A stretch of 64,000 nt of DNA from a virus (lineage: Duplodnaviria; Caudoviricetes): IMG/VR virus record IMGVR_UViG_3300010885_051426, positions 1,613 through 65,612 of that record; one strand, 5' to 3'. The notes under the pieces were generated by a model. It ran no database searches and was not told the DNA's origin. It worked only from the letters and a program-made list of their open reading frames with translations. Position numbers and translations under genes: made by a program. Shown here piece by piece: positions 1 to 9,010 of the stretch. Each line of letters starts with the position of its first letter. Position 1 is the stretch's first letter.

Positions 1-343
1 CCACAAAGGCATTTTCCATGATGACGTTGTCAAAGCCCGCTCCATTGCCCCAGGTTGGTAGGCTACTGCGGCCAAACCAAGCTGTAAAATCATCTAATGC
101 CTGGGCAATACTTACATTGTCTTTTAACAGGGCCTGACGAGCTTCTTTGTTTTGTTGATTCCACCAGGCAACAGTTTCTGGATCTACATGTAGTCCAACT
201 GCCTTGCAGGTTCTAAGATCAACAGTACGATAAAACTTATCAATGATGCCTGTGCCGACTTCAAATTTAACTGCACCTATGCTGGCTATGGCTGCATTTG
301 ATCGCACACTCATGGTCTCCAGATCTAACATTACCTGTATCAT
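1..343 (-). CDS. dexA: DexA-like DEDD 3'-5' exonuclease (runs off window start)
   Basis: Not in ORF track. Manual translation from ATG at 343: MIQVMLDLETMSVRSNAAIASIGAVKF...VDPETVAWWNQQ...TWGNGAGFDNVIM; DLET and WGNG..FD motifs; ATG overlaps folE stop (ATGA). Confidence 0.8.
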   Translation of the reverse strand, partial: MIQVMLDLETMSVRSNAAIASIGAVKFEVGTGIIDKFYRTVDLRTCKAVGLHVDPETVAWWNQQNKEARQALLKDNVSIAQALDDFTAWFGRSSLPTWGNGAGFDNVIMENAFV

Positions 344-1035
344 CTGGGAGCAAACTCCTGCTGTAATTTAACATTCTCAAAAAATTCATTCTTGGTGCTC
401 TGATCTTCGATAAAGCGACCTTTTAGTACTGTGGTCTGAGTCAGACTACTATGCGCCATGATGCCTCGGTTCTCACAACAACCATGTGTGGCCTGGATAT
501 AAACTGCCACATCTTTGGCATTGGTTGCCGTCATGATCTCACGAGCAATATCATTGCATAGTTCTTCTTGCAAGGTGCCACGACGCGCACACCATTGAGC
601 AATTCGGGTATATTTACTTAGTCCAATGACTTTGCCATTGGGAATGATACCAATATAAGCGACACCGCTTACTGGTTGATGATGATGGCTACACATACTG
701 CGAAGTTCGCTACGAACCACCAGCATGCCTTTATAGGCTTCGTCGCCATCATTAGGAAATGCCGTGGCCGTTGGAACAGGTTCATAACGACCAGACATAA
801 TCTCATAGATGTACATCTTGGCCAGACGACGAGCAGTTCCTTTACTATTAGGATCATTTTCACGATCAATTACCAGACTATCCAGAACGCCTTCGAACTT
901 TTCAGTCAATTCGTCTACTAGTAGATCTTTGTCTTTGTCAGTAACATACTCGCTGATATTATCACCAGCCCAGTATCTTTTATTATTTCGTTTCAGATGC
1001 GAGCGAATTTCTTCGCTAACCGGAATATACTTCAT
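340..1035 (-). CDS. folE: GTP cyclohydrolase I (FolE)
   Basis: TARRLAKMY, CSHHHQP, VIGLSKYTRI, LQEEL, HGCCENRG Zn-binding/T-fold motifs. Confidence 0.95.
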   Translation of the reverse strand: MKYIPVSEEIRSHLKRNNKRYWAGDNISEYVTDKDKDLLVDELTEKFEGVLDSLVIDRENDPNSKGTARRLAKMYIYEIMSGRYEPVPTATAFPNDGDEAYKGMLVVRSELRSMCSHHHQPVSGVAYIGIIPNGKVIGLSKYTRIAQWCARRGTLQEELCNDIAREIMTATNAKDVAVYIQATHGCCENRGIMAHSSLTQTTVLKGRFIEDQSTKNEFFENVKLQQEFAPR

Positions 1036-1059
1036 ACTCGCCTTTCTATTTTATATAAC

Positions 1060-1088
1060 ATTATATAGTATAATTTATTTAGTGTCAA
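1060..1088 (-). promoter_or_regulatory. sigma70-type promoter for folE
   Basis: TTGACA-17 nt-TATAAT, exact consensus. Confidence 0.85.
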
Positions 1089-2009
1089 TTACTTTCCAAT
1101 GACATTACCGAATACATAACAATGATTACGAGTAGCTATGTTATAACCACGGCGCATACCTTCCATGCTGATATCAGCAACCGTTTTAGCTTCTTGCTGA
1201 TCTTTGGTGGCACCCACAGGCATGACCCAGACTTCAGGCATCCAACGAATCAATAATTCATTGTCGGCATCATGTTCAAAAATATGTTTATTGATACGGT
1301 CTAAATGATCTCTGAGTTCCATCCAACAGGCTTCGGTTCCAGATACTACAAATTTTAATATTGCAGAACTATTGGGCTGTAGATATTCAAAAATGATGTC
1401 AGGTTTAACTGCATCAACTTCACCGCTTACAGTATGCAACTTAGGACTCATGGCCCAGTGCCAGCGACCATTGAATCCATTGATAAATTCAGCTAATTCA
1501 GGTTTAAGCGGTTTAGTGGCATTGGTCTCCACTGTTACGGTCTGAACTGGATTGTCTCGGCGATCAAATTCGTCCATGATGGTCATCATGGCTTCCTGAT
1601 TGAGCATGGGCTCACCACCAGTAAAAGCCAACTGAGTATCCTGACCAGTAACTGGATGTCTGAACAGTCCAGTTGGGTTGGTGGGACTTTTCATTAGTTC
1701 AGTTAATTTGTCGCAGATAGTTTCAACTGTATCATCATGAACTAACTTTTTATATTTAGCACTCCAGCTATAACTGCTGTCACAGCCCTGATGCCAGACT
1801 GGAAGATCTTCCAGCCGTGTCACTGTACTAATGTCAAAATCTTTATAGGGTAGCACATGTGTTTCGGGTTGGGTTGGATGTTCTTGCCCAAAACCATTGC
1901 ATTCTAGATTACAGCCAAAGAAGCGAATCCAAACTGTTGGTTTACCAGCCATTTCGGCCTCACCCTGGAAACTGTAGAATATTTCGCTGTATCGAATTTT
2001 ATCTCTCAT
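1089..2009 (-). CDS. queE: QueE-like radical SAM 7-carboxy-7-deazaguanine synthase
   Basis: YSEIFYSFQGE, WIRFFGCNLEC...GCDS, FTGGEPML, VETN, SPKL motifs; adjacent to folE. Confidence 0.9.
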   Translation of the reverse strand: MRDKIRYSEIFYSFQGEAEMAGKPTVWIRFFGCNLECNGFGQEHPTQPETHVLPYKDFDISTVTRLEDLPVWHQGCDSSYSWSAKYKKLVHDDTVETICDKLTELMKSPTNPTGLFRHPVTGQDTQLAFTGGEPMLNQEAMMTIMDEFDRRDNPVQTVTVETNATKPLKPELAEFINGFNGRWHWAMSPKLHTVSGEVDAVKPDIIFEYLQPNSSAILKFVVSGTEACWMELRDHLDRINKHIFEHDADNELLIRWMPEVWVMPVGATKDQQEAKTVADISMEGMRRGYNIATRNHCYVFGNVIGK

Positions 2010-2035
2010 ATTTGCCTTTCTTCAGAATTACGTCT

Positions 2036-2064
2036 ATTATATTATTCTTCTGTGTCTGTGTCAA
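2036..2064 (-). promoter_or_regulatory. sigma70-type promoter for queE
   Basis: TTGACA-17 nt-TATAAT; the -35 box lies in the last codons of gp55. Confidence 0.85.
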
Positions 2065-2608
2065 TATCTGTATTTAATATAGTTTCGGTCTTTTTAGTAA
2101 TGGTACTGACTACTTTTTCATACTCGTACTGATCCATTTGAGTTTTTAGGAATTCCAGGAACTGGTTGGTGAATTCGCCGTTGTCGTGGTCCTGTGTGAC
2201 CAGATCATTGATGTCTAATTGATCAATGTAGCGAAATTTGGTTGCCATCTGCTTTTTTTCTTTCTGTATGCGTCGTACAAATGCAAAGAAAGTAATCTGC
2301 GTAAAATAGGCAAAGGGATTTTTACTTTTAGCCGGATCGAAATTATTAACAACTGCCAGACAATTTTCTATGGCGTCTGAAATCATTTCGTCCTTGTAGC
2401 TATAATTTATAAAGTTGGACTTGTAGCTCAGATGTCGAGCAATTTTAATAAAACAATCACCCAGATAATTGGTTACTGGTGGCATAGTGGTTTCATTAGC
2501 ACGAGCTATCTGAACCTTTTCTCTGTGTGCCAGCAATGCTGCCAGAAACTCAGCATTGTCAATGTAGTGGTTGGTTTTAGTTTTTGATGGTTTTATTGCT
2601 TTGGTCAT
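2042..2608 (-). CDS. gp55: late-transcription sigma factor gp55
   Basis: HYIDNAEFLAAL, NFINYSYKDEMISDAIENCL, NPFAYFTQI..FAFVRRIQKEKKQ. Confidence 0.95.
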   Translation of the reverse strand: MTKAIKPSKTKTNHYIDNAEFLAALLAHREKVQIARANETTMPPVTNYLGDCFIKIARHLSYKSNFINYSYKDEMISDAIENCLAVVNNFDPAKSKNPFAYFTQITFFAFVRRIQKEKKQMATKFRYIDQLDINDLVTQDHDNGEFTNQFLEFLKTQMDQYEYEKVVSTITKKTETILNTDIDTDTEE

Positions 2609-2617
2609 GATAATCCA

Positions 2618-2646
2618 ATTATATGTTAATTATTAAAAAATGTCAA
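2618..2646 (-). promoter_or_regulatory. sigma70-type promoter for gp55
   Basis: TTGACA-17 nt-TATAAT; the -35 box overlaps the TGA stop of the upstream gene. Confidence 0.8.
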
Positions 2647-3056
2647 TGTAATTTTGATACAGCAGCTTCTTCCAGTGCGTCCCAGATTTCTTCAGCCAGT
2701 GCTGGGTCTATGCGGTGAGATTGTTCAGGCTCGTCAAGTTTACCTGCCTGTTCTTTGTGCATCATATCCAAATAGCTGTCATATCGAATCTTTGCACCAG
2801 GCCTAAGATTACATACAGTTAATATGCTTTCGGTTGGAACCAAAATTTCATGATCACTTGTGCTGGGTATGAAAGGTGCCATGCTTATAGTTTCTACTAT
2901 TTGGCCCTGTTGATTTAAATATTTAAATGTACCAAACTCAACTGGATCCCGTATAATAATAAATTCATAATCATGCAGAGTTTCTGTGGTTAATTTATCA
3001 TCTACACCACAGGCTATGACATCACCATTTTTAAAACGTATGGTTTTTAATTGCAT
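2643..3056 (-). CDS. Sm-like fold protein conserved between uvsW and gp55
   Basis: TIRFKNGDVIAC...PFIPSTSDHEILVPTESIL pattern and conserved position in cyanophage-like T4 relatives. Confidence 0.6.
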   Translation of the reverse strand: MQLKTIRFKNGDVIACGVDDKLTTETLHDYEFIIIRDPVEFGTFKYLNQQGQIVETISMAPFIPSTSDHEILVPTESILTVCNLRPGAKIRYDSYLDMMHKEQAGKLDEPEQSHRIDPALAEEIWDALEEAAVSKLH

Positions 3057-4534
3057 TAGTTTAATTTAACCTTAACAAGTTTATAGTCAAAGTGTTCGTC
3101 ATTGTATATTTTTATGCGTTCTGCCAGATGCAACAGAGTAAAATTCTTTTTGGTTTTCCAGCTTAGATCGTCACCAATGTCAAATAATTTACAGCGATCT
3201 TTGCTTTCAGAAGTTCGTAATCCTCGTCCTATGCTCTGCAGGTTTCTAATTCTGCTTTTACTTGGACTAGCAAATATAATATTATGCAGGTTTCGTATAT
3301 TTATACCTGTACTAAATGTGCCATAGCTGGCAACTATAATGGCATCGGGTTGAGATTCAGTAATATGACGAACCTGTTCACGCTGATCTGTATCAGTTCC
3401 ACCATACACAAAAAATATTTTTCTGCCATCAGCTGCCCGTTCAGATATTAGCTGATGCAGATGTTTGCCATGTTTTTCCACGTACTGAAACAACACCAGT
3501 GTATTACCTGTCTGAGCCAGGGCCAGGTTGCGTATGAAACGGTTTCGAGGCTCGTGGCCTGTAAGAAAATCCATTTCTTCCTGATAGGTAAAAGCTCGGC
3601 TGGATTTGCGTTCTGCATCAGGATATTCCAGCGTCAATACCGTTATGTCTAAATCAGCCAATTGTTCATTTTTAATTAACTGGCGCGTAGTAGTTACTTT
3701 GTGTACAGCTCCAAAGATACCTTCTAGTATGAGCTTATGTGTCTGCAGACCATCCAGTGTGCCAGTGGTGCCAATTCTATAACCACATTCAGGCATTTTG
3801 TTCAATATACTGGTCAGACTTTTTGCCTTGAATAAGTGAGCCTCATCTCCGTAGACTACATTAAATCCTTCAAAGAAAGATTTTGGAAGTTTGTATAAAC
3901 TTTGCCAGGTTGAAATAACCACAGGCCAGGTATTACTCTTTTCATGGCCACCATAGATTCTGTGTACGTTTTCGCTGGTTCGCCAACCATTGGCGCTGGA
4001 ATAATCCTGAAAGTCAGCATATAATTGTTCTACCAGACTTGTTGTTGGCACCAGAATTAACTGGCGTCGTCCCTGATCTAAATGATGTCGCATTATGCCA
4101 TAGATAATTAAACTCTTACCACTTCCAGTAGGACTTAGCAACAAAGATCTTTCAGCAAATATGGCATGACGAACAGCATCAATCTGATAGTCTCGAATCT
4201 GTATGGGTTTGCCATGACCCATGAGCTTAAGGTCTTCCAGATACTGAGCTACATCTACATAGGGCTCTGGGCTGGTTGGTATGGTATTTTCAACCGTATA
4301 ATTATTCAGATCAGCAAATGCTTTAACATAGGGTATGAGCCCGGTATACAGCTCCTGTGTGAACATGCTGTATAAACGAACCTTGCCGTCCCAGAGTTTG
4401 GCTCTGTACTGAGGCATGAAACGTGCACCTGGCTGTTCAAAAGTAAAATAATCAGACAATTCTTGCATCATGCTGACATCAGCATCTACACGACAATGTA
4501 CTTGATTTTTCGGCTTGATGGTTATGTTGGCCAC
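3056..4534 (-). CDS. uvsW: UvsW SF2 DNA helicase (probable GTG start at 4534)
   Basis: WDGKVRLY, RDYQ, SPTGSGKS (Walker A), DEAH, QSIGRGLR. Confidence 0.95.
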   Translation of the reverse strand: MANITIKPKNQVHCRVDADVSMMQELSDYFTFEQPGARFMPQYRAKLWDGKVRLYSMFTQELYTGLIPYVKAFADLNNYTVENTIPTSPEPYVDVAQYLEDLKLMGHGKPIQIRDYQIDAVRHAIFAERSLLLSPTGSGKSLIIYGIMRHHLDQGRRQLILVPTTSLVEQLYADFQDYSSANGWRTSENVHRIYGGHEKSNTWPVVISTWQSLYKLPKSFFEGFNVVYGDEAHLFKAKSLTSILNKMPECGYRIGTTGTLDGLQTHKLILEGIFGAVHKVTTTRQLIKNEQLADLDITVLTLEYPDAERKSSRAFTYQEEMDFLTGHEPRNRFIRNLALAQTGNTLVLFQYVEKHGKHLHQLISERAADGRKIFFVYGGTDTDQREQVRHITESQPDAIIVASYGTFSTGINIRNLHNIIFASPSKSRIRNLQSIGRGLRTSESKDRCKLFDIGDDLSWKTKKNFTLLHLAERIKIYNDEHFDYKLVKVKLN

Positions 4535-4974
4535 TAGATCATTCCGTTGGTAAATTTGGTCCATTCAATGCTGTTTTTAATATCCCAGGTTCGACTGTGT
4601 ATGCTTTTTAATATGCCTTCCAGCATGCTTAATACGGTTCGATGATATTCTAGTTTATCCTGCAGGAGAATTAAATCCGTATCAGTAGCTATGAATTCAT
4701 CCATTTCATTCTTCAGGGGTTTGATACCCTGCCACTGAGGCCAGTTCATTTCGTCCAGTTCTATCTGAGTCATTTCGCCACGATAATATCGCCATTTAAG
4801 ACGACGCATGCGTAAATATTCTGATTCACTTCGACGAGTTGTTAGTTTGGTATTGACCAACAGATTGAGATATTTGGCGTGCAACTTGGGAATTTTAGCG
4901 CTTTCGGATCCCAGATTGGTTTCGTCTATGCGACTATCAGTTACCCACATTTCCTGTATTTCAGCAAGTTTCAT
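4534..4974 (-). CDS. uvsY: UvsY recombination mediator
   Basis: IPKLHAKYL, WRYYRGE, RTWDIKNSIEW; next to uvsW. Confidence 0.9.
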   Translation of the reverse strand: MKLAEIQEMWVTDSRIDETNLGSESAKIPKLHAKYLNLLVNTKLTTRRSESEYLRMRRLKWRYYRGEMTQIELDEMNWPQWQGIKPLKNEMDEFIATDTDLILLQDKLEYHRTVLSMLEGILKSIHSRTWDIKNSIEWTKFTNGMI

Positions 4975-5000
4975 AATTACTCCACGATTCAGATACTGCC

Positions 5001-5029
5001 ATTATATAATAAACTAACCTTTGTGTCAA
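5001..5029 (-). promoter_or_regulatory. sigma70-type promoter for uvsY-uvsW
   Basis: TTGACA-17 nt-TATAAT; the -35 box overlaps the gp3 TGA stop. Confidence 0.85.
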
Positions 5030-5601
5030 TACTGTTCTATGGTAAATAATCTATATCTGAAAGCGGCTATGCCTATGAAGTATTCCATGCCAGCTGTGGT
5101 TAGATCAAAATCCAATCCTTCGATGCTAACTGGAAATAAATCCTGGAAGTTTAATTTAACCACAGGATTGTTGTTGCTGTTCAATATGATCAAACTGGCA
5201 TCACTAAAGTTACTTTGATATTTTTCAGCACTAAATGAACTAGCTCGGTTACCTAAATACCCCCATTGTTCACCACGACTTGGAACACCCATGCTGACTA
5301 TCCAGTCATAGAGTTCTTTGTAGTTGCTCATGTCTTCGTTGATTAAAAACCGTATGGTAAAATCACCAAAGTTAATTTTATCGCCAGGATGTGGTATATC
5401 AACAAACGGGCTGGTCTGAATAGCAGCACCTAGTTGTAATGGTGGTAAATTAGCACTCTGACAAGTATAAGTGATATTGGGTAATTTTGCAATCTGAAAT
5501 CTAAAACTATTGGGTTTTAAATAATTTGTAACTGCACTCAGTCCCAGAGATGCACCAATGCTGGTAGTAGCTGTAAATCTTGTTGTAAATGAAGTAATCA
5601 T
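5026..5601 (-). CDS. gp3: tail completion / tube terminator gp3
   Basis: NYLKPNSFRF, PGDKINFGDFTIRFLINEDMSNYKELYDW, FPVSIEGLDF. Confidence 0.85.
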   Translation of the reverse strand: MITSFTTRFTATTSIGASLGLSAVTNYLKPNSFRFQIAKLPNITYTCQSANLPPLQLGAAIQTSPFVDIPHPGDKINFGDFTIRFLINEDMSNYKELYDWIVSMGVPSRGEQWGYLGNRASSFSAEKYQSNFSDASLIILNSNNNPVVKLNFQDLFPVSIEGLDFDLTTAGMEYFIGIAAFRYRLFTIEQY

Positions 5602-5695
5602 AAGGTCCTATTGACTTTCTATTGACACACCTATAGTATTAGCGTGTACCTGGGTTACGTGATCTATTAATACCTTTAACTATATTTATCAAGTA

Positions 5696-5720
5696 AAGAA
5701 AAGGGAGTCCGAAAACTCCC
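5696..5720 (-). terminator. intrinsic terminator after gp23
   Basis: GGGAGTT-TTCG-GACTCCC followed by TTTTCTT; UUCG tetraloop typical of T4-like phages. Confidence 0.85.
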
Positions 5721-5754
5721 TTGACTTGATTACTATGTTTCCTACCAATCCATA

Positions 5755-7029
5755 TTACATTAAGTTTGTTACTTTTACTCGTCTGTAGTATGTATTTGTA
5801 CCAGCTGTTAAGCTTGTGAACGGATTTGTTACTAGACCGTAACGTGTTTTGAATCCGATCTTAGGTTGGAATGTTGATGGATCAACTGCACGAACCATTT
5901 GTAATGGTACGTATGGGCAATAGAACATACCAGCGTCATATGGGCTTGTACCTTTGTAACCTACTACGTAGAACTGGTTAGCTGTGTTCAGGTTAGCTGA
6001 ATATGGATCAACATAAACTTTGATCTTACCGTTTAATACACCAGCAAATGTATTGCCTGTGTCGTCAACGTTCAATGTTGTTGAAAGTGCAGGTGTGTAA
6101 TCTAGGATACCAGCCATTGACAGAGCTGACGCTACGTCTGCTGATACGATTAACACATTACCTTTACCTCTACGTGTTGTTTGTGCAATACTGTTAGCAT
6201 CACGTTCGATTTGGAACAGTAAGCCTTTAAAGCGTTCTACTGACCAACGACCGTTTGCATCAGTGTCTAAGTCGAATGTACCGAAAGTAGTTGTCGCACC
6301 AGTTTGTGCACCAGGTTGTGCTGCATTGTAGATAGTACGGATAACTTCACGGTTGATTTCGAATAAGATTTCTTGGCTAAGAATGTTAGCTAATTCACCT
6401 TCTGCGTCAAGACCATGAACTGCTTTTAAGTCTTGTGCTAATTCAACTGTGTACTGAGCTTTTAAACCACGTGTCTTAGCAGATACGGTTGTTTTCTCAA
6501 TTGAAAAAGCCATTTCGCCAAAAGCATATGTGTCGCCTAATTGCTCTGCGTCACCAGTTGCAATACCAACACCTGTTGTGTATGGTGAGTTTACTGGATT
6601 TGAACCAGCGTGTGCAGTGATTGAAGAACCAGCGAAGTCTGTGTCAGCTTCGTTGAATAAAGCTTCTGTACCGCCTTGTGTTGAATAGTTTGACTTCATA
6701 GCGAAGATCAAACCGGTTGGGCCTGTCATTGGTTGTACACCGCAAACGTCGTATGCCATTAAGTTAGGCATTGCACGGCGAACTAAACTGATTAAGATTG
6801 GATCATAACCTGCTAAGTTAGCATTTGCTGGTGAGTTTACTTGACCTGAGAAACCAGCACCTGCAGCGTTAGCTGGAGTTGTTTCCCAAAGTGCTTGTTT
6901 TTCTTCGATTAGAGCTTTTTCTTGATTCTCTAAAAGAATGCTTGTTACATGACGTTTGTAGTCGTCTTTGATTTCTGGTAGGGCGTCATGGTTAATAACC
7001 GGTGCCCATTTTTCCATTAATGTTGCCAT
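5755..7029 (-). CDS. gp23: major capsid protein gp23
   Basis: LISLVRRAMPNLMAYDVCGVQPMTGPTGLIFAM, ELAQDLKAVHGLDAE, FYCPYVPLQM, FQPKIGFKTRYG. Confidence 0.98.
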   Translation of the reverse strand: MATLMEKWAPVINHDALPEIKDDYKRHVTSILLENQEKALIEEKQALWETTPANAAGAGFSGQVNSPANANLAGYDPILISLVRRAMPNLMAYDVCGVQPMTGPTGLIFAMKSNYSTQGGTEALFNEADTDFAGSSITAHAGSNPVNSPYTTGVGIATGDAEQLGDTYAFGEMAFSIEKTTVSAKTRGLKAQYTVELAQDLKAVHGLDAEGELANILSQEILFEINREVIRTIYNAAQPGAQTGATTTFGTFDLDTDANGRWSVERFKGLLFQIERDANSIAQTTRRGKGNVLIVSADVASALSMAGILDYTPALSTTLNVDDTGNTFAGVLNGKIKVYVDPYSANLNTANQFYVVGYKGTSPYDAGMFYCPYVPLQMVRAVDPSTFQPKIGFKTRYGLVTNPFTSLTAGTNTYYRRVKVTNLM

Positions 7030-7063
7030 TTTAGTGTTTCTCCTGAAGGAATTGTTGATTCAA

Positions 7064-8305
7064 TTATTTATTAAACTTGACTGTTCGGCCTAGGGCTTCA
7101 GTATACATTTTCATGTTAGCTGGAACAACCTGTTCGGTTATTTTTTCGCCTTCGTTTTGAACTTGTTCTTCAAGCGTTTTCTCTGGACTAACCGGAGTAT
7201 TGCCTGGGAAATAGTTCTCTTTAACAACCTTAACTTTTTCAATGAATAGTTTTTCGTTGTCAAATTCTACGCCTTCGAGCAGTTTAGACATTTTTTCCGC
7301 ATCTGTTGCTGTTAGGTCTTTGCAAGCTGATTCAATGATACGATCACGCTTGATAGCGTCTAACTCTGCCTTAAGAGCAATGTTAGTTTGGATTGTTTCA
7401 TCAAGTTTAGCACCTGCTTCGTCAACCTTGGCTGACATATCTTCCAATACGTCGACGCGGTCTTCTGGTACTTCAAAGTAATGTTCTTGGAAAAGATTCT
7501 TTAAACCAAGCATAAAGTCTTCGGCAACTTCTGTGCGTAAACCTTGTTCCACGCCAATCTCATTGTCTTTCATCCATTGTTCTATAACATAATTTAGATA
7601 TGAATCAACCTTTTCTACAAGACCTTCTTTGAGGATTTCAAATTCTGCAGCGTTTTGTTCGGTTAATTCCGTAGTAAGAGCTTCTACTTCGTTGTTAACG
7701 CGTGCAATAACAGCAGCTTCGAAAATTTTACTAGCTTGAGTTTTAAACTCTTCGCTAAGATTAGTGTCTGCAGCAAATACACTATCAATGTCTTTGCGCA
7801 AATCTTCTAAATTCATTTCGATTCTACGTGGCTCAACAACTACTGTTTCTTCAGCGTCTGTTGTTTCGTCATCGATATCTTCTTCGGTAATAATGTCTTC
7901 AGAATCTGTATCTACAGCTTCTTTTTTAACATTACCAACGCTTGATGCCTGATTTACCACACTGGCAGAATCTACACCAGCTTCGTAATTAGGTGCCTGG
8001 CCTGCGCCCTGACCCTTTTGAACTGATTGAGCTGTTGTAACTGCTTGTGCATTATGAGGATCTTGTTCTGTGTAGGATGCGGTTTCACTGGAGCCTTGTT
8101 TAGCCTGAGCTTCTGCTGCACCTTTCTTAACAGTGGTGTCTTCTGGATTTACAGCAGCACCTGTATGAGGATCAATTTCAGTATAAGTAGCTTTTTCACT
8201 ACTGCCTTGCTGCACTGCGCCTTCTTGGCCCAGAGCTTCATCTAATTGCTGAGCTTTGGATTTTTTAGCTTCCATGAGCTCGCGAATTTTTGTTTCTAAT
8301 GACAT
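7064..8305 (-). CDS. gp22: prohead core scaffold gp22
   Basis: LSEEFK..ASKIFEAAV, VDSYLNYVIEQWMKDN, KVVKENYF; acidic; lies between gp21 and gp23. Confidence 0.92.
   Translation of the reverse strand: MSLETKIRELMEAKKSKAQQLDEALGQEGAVQQGSSEKATYTEIDPHTGAAVNPEDTTVKKGAAEAQAKQGSSETASYTEQDPHNAQAVTTAQSVQKGQGAGQAPNYEAGVDSASVVNQASSVGNVKKEAVDTDSEDIITEEDIDDETTDAEETVVVEPRRIEMNLEDLRKDIDSVFAADTNLSEEFKTQASKIFEAAVIARVNNEVEALTTELTEQNAAEFEILKEGLVEKVDSYLNYVIEQWMKDNEIGVEQGLRTEVAEDFMLGLKNLFQEHYFEVPEDRVDVLEDMSAKVDEAGAKLDETIQTNIALKAELDAIKRDRIIESACKDLTATDAEKMSKLLEGVEFDNEKLFIEKVKVVKENYFPGNTPVSPEKTLEEQVQNEGEKITEQVVPANMKMYTEALGRTVKFNK
8052..8212 (-). repeat. two-copy internal repeat in gp22 N-terminus
   Basis: QQGSSEKATYTEIDPH and KQGSSETASYTEQDPH. 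Confidence 0.75.
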
Positions 8306-8334
8306 TTTAAGGTCTCCTAAAACGGGGTTTCTAT

Positions 8335-8342
8335 TATTTATA
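8335..8342 (-). promoter_or_regulatory. T4-type late promoter (gp22)
   Basis: TATAAATA upstream of gp22. Confidence 0.75.
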
Positions 8343-8349
8343 AGTTCTA

Positions 8350-9009
8350 TTATTTTGATATTTGTTTTAGATAAGTTTCAAATACCGCAATTTTTACTGC
8401 GTCAAGATCTTTACCTTTGGTCTGCTGAATTATATCTCGGACCTGGTCGTATTGTCTTTCTACAAATCGACCCTCAACCATCATCCATTCTTTGCCTTCC
8501 ATGATACCACGTACAAACGCGTCAGGGGCACTTGGATCAGCGACAATGTCAGCTGCGGTTGCTAGATAAAAGTCATCTTGAACTTCATTTACACCTTCTG
8601 AATTCACTTTTAAACTACCCATTCCACGAGAGCTAACACCTAACTGGGCACCTTCGTCAATGAGATTCTTGACTATGCGACCCATGGGTGTTTCGGTCAT
8701 GATCTTGGCACGACCCATGTAATTGTTGCCTTCGGCTTTGAGGCTGACAATCATATGGCTAACACGATCCAGATTGATGCTTGGACCATCAGGATGACCT
8801 AACTCGCCAAAAGCTCGTTTCGTGTTAACATATTCTTTGATGTATCTTTGGACTTCTTTGTCCATGGTTTCTTTACGATATACTCGACCATTGCGATTGG
8901 CAATTTCGGTCTGCAGGAAAGGACCTTCGATGAAGTAGCTTTTACCGCCCTCTTCTCGAGCTTCTTTGATGTATTGTATATCCTGTACGGTTTCTGTGAT
9001 TAGCTTCAT
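8350..9009 (-). CDS. gp21: prohead protease gp21
   Basis: MKLITE start, NRNGRVY, GELGHP, GVSSRGMGS, DIVADPSAPDAFV. Confidence 0.96.
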   Translation of the reverse strand: MKLITETVQDIQYIKEAREEGGKSYFIEGPFLQTEIANRNGRVYRKETMDKEVQRYIKEYVNTKRAFGELGHPDGPSINLDRVSHMIVSLKAEGNNYMGRAKIMTETPMGRIVKNLIDEGAQLGVSSRGMGSLKVNSEGVNEVQDDFYLATAADIVADPSAPDAFVRGIMEGKEWMMVEGRFVERQYDQVRDIIQQTKGKDLDAVKIAVFETYLKQISK

Positions 9010-9010
9010 G

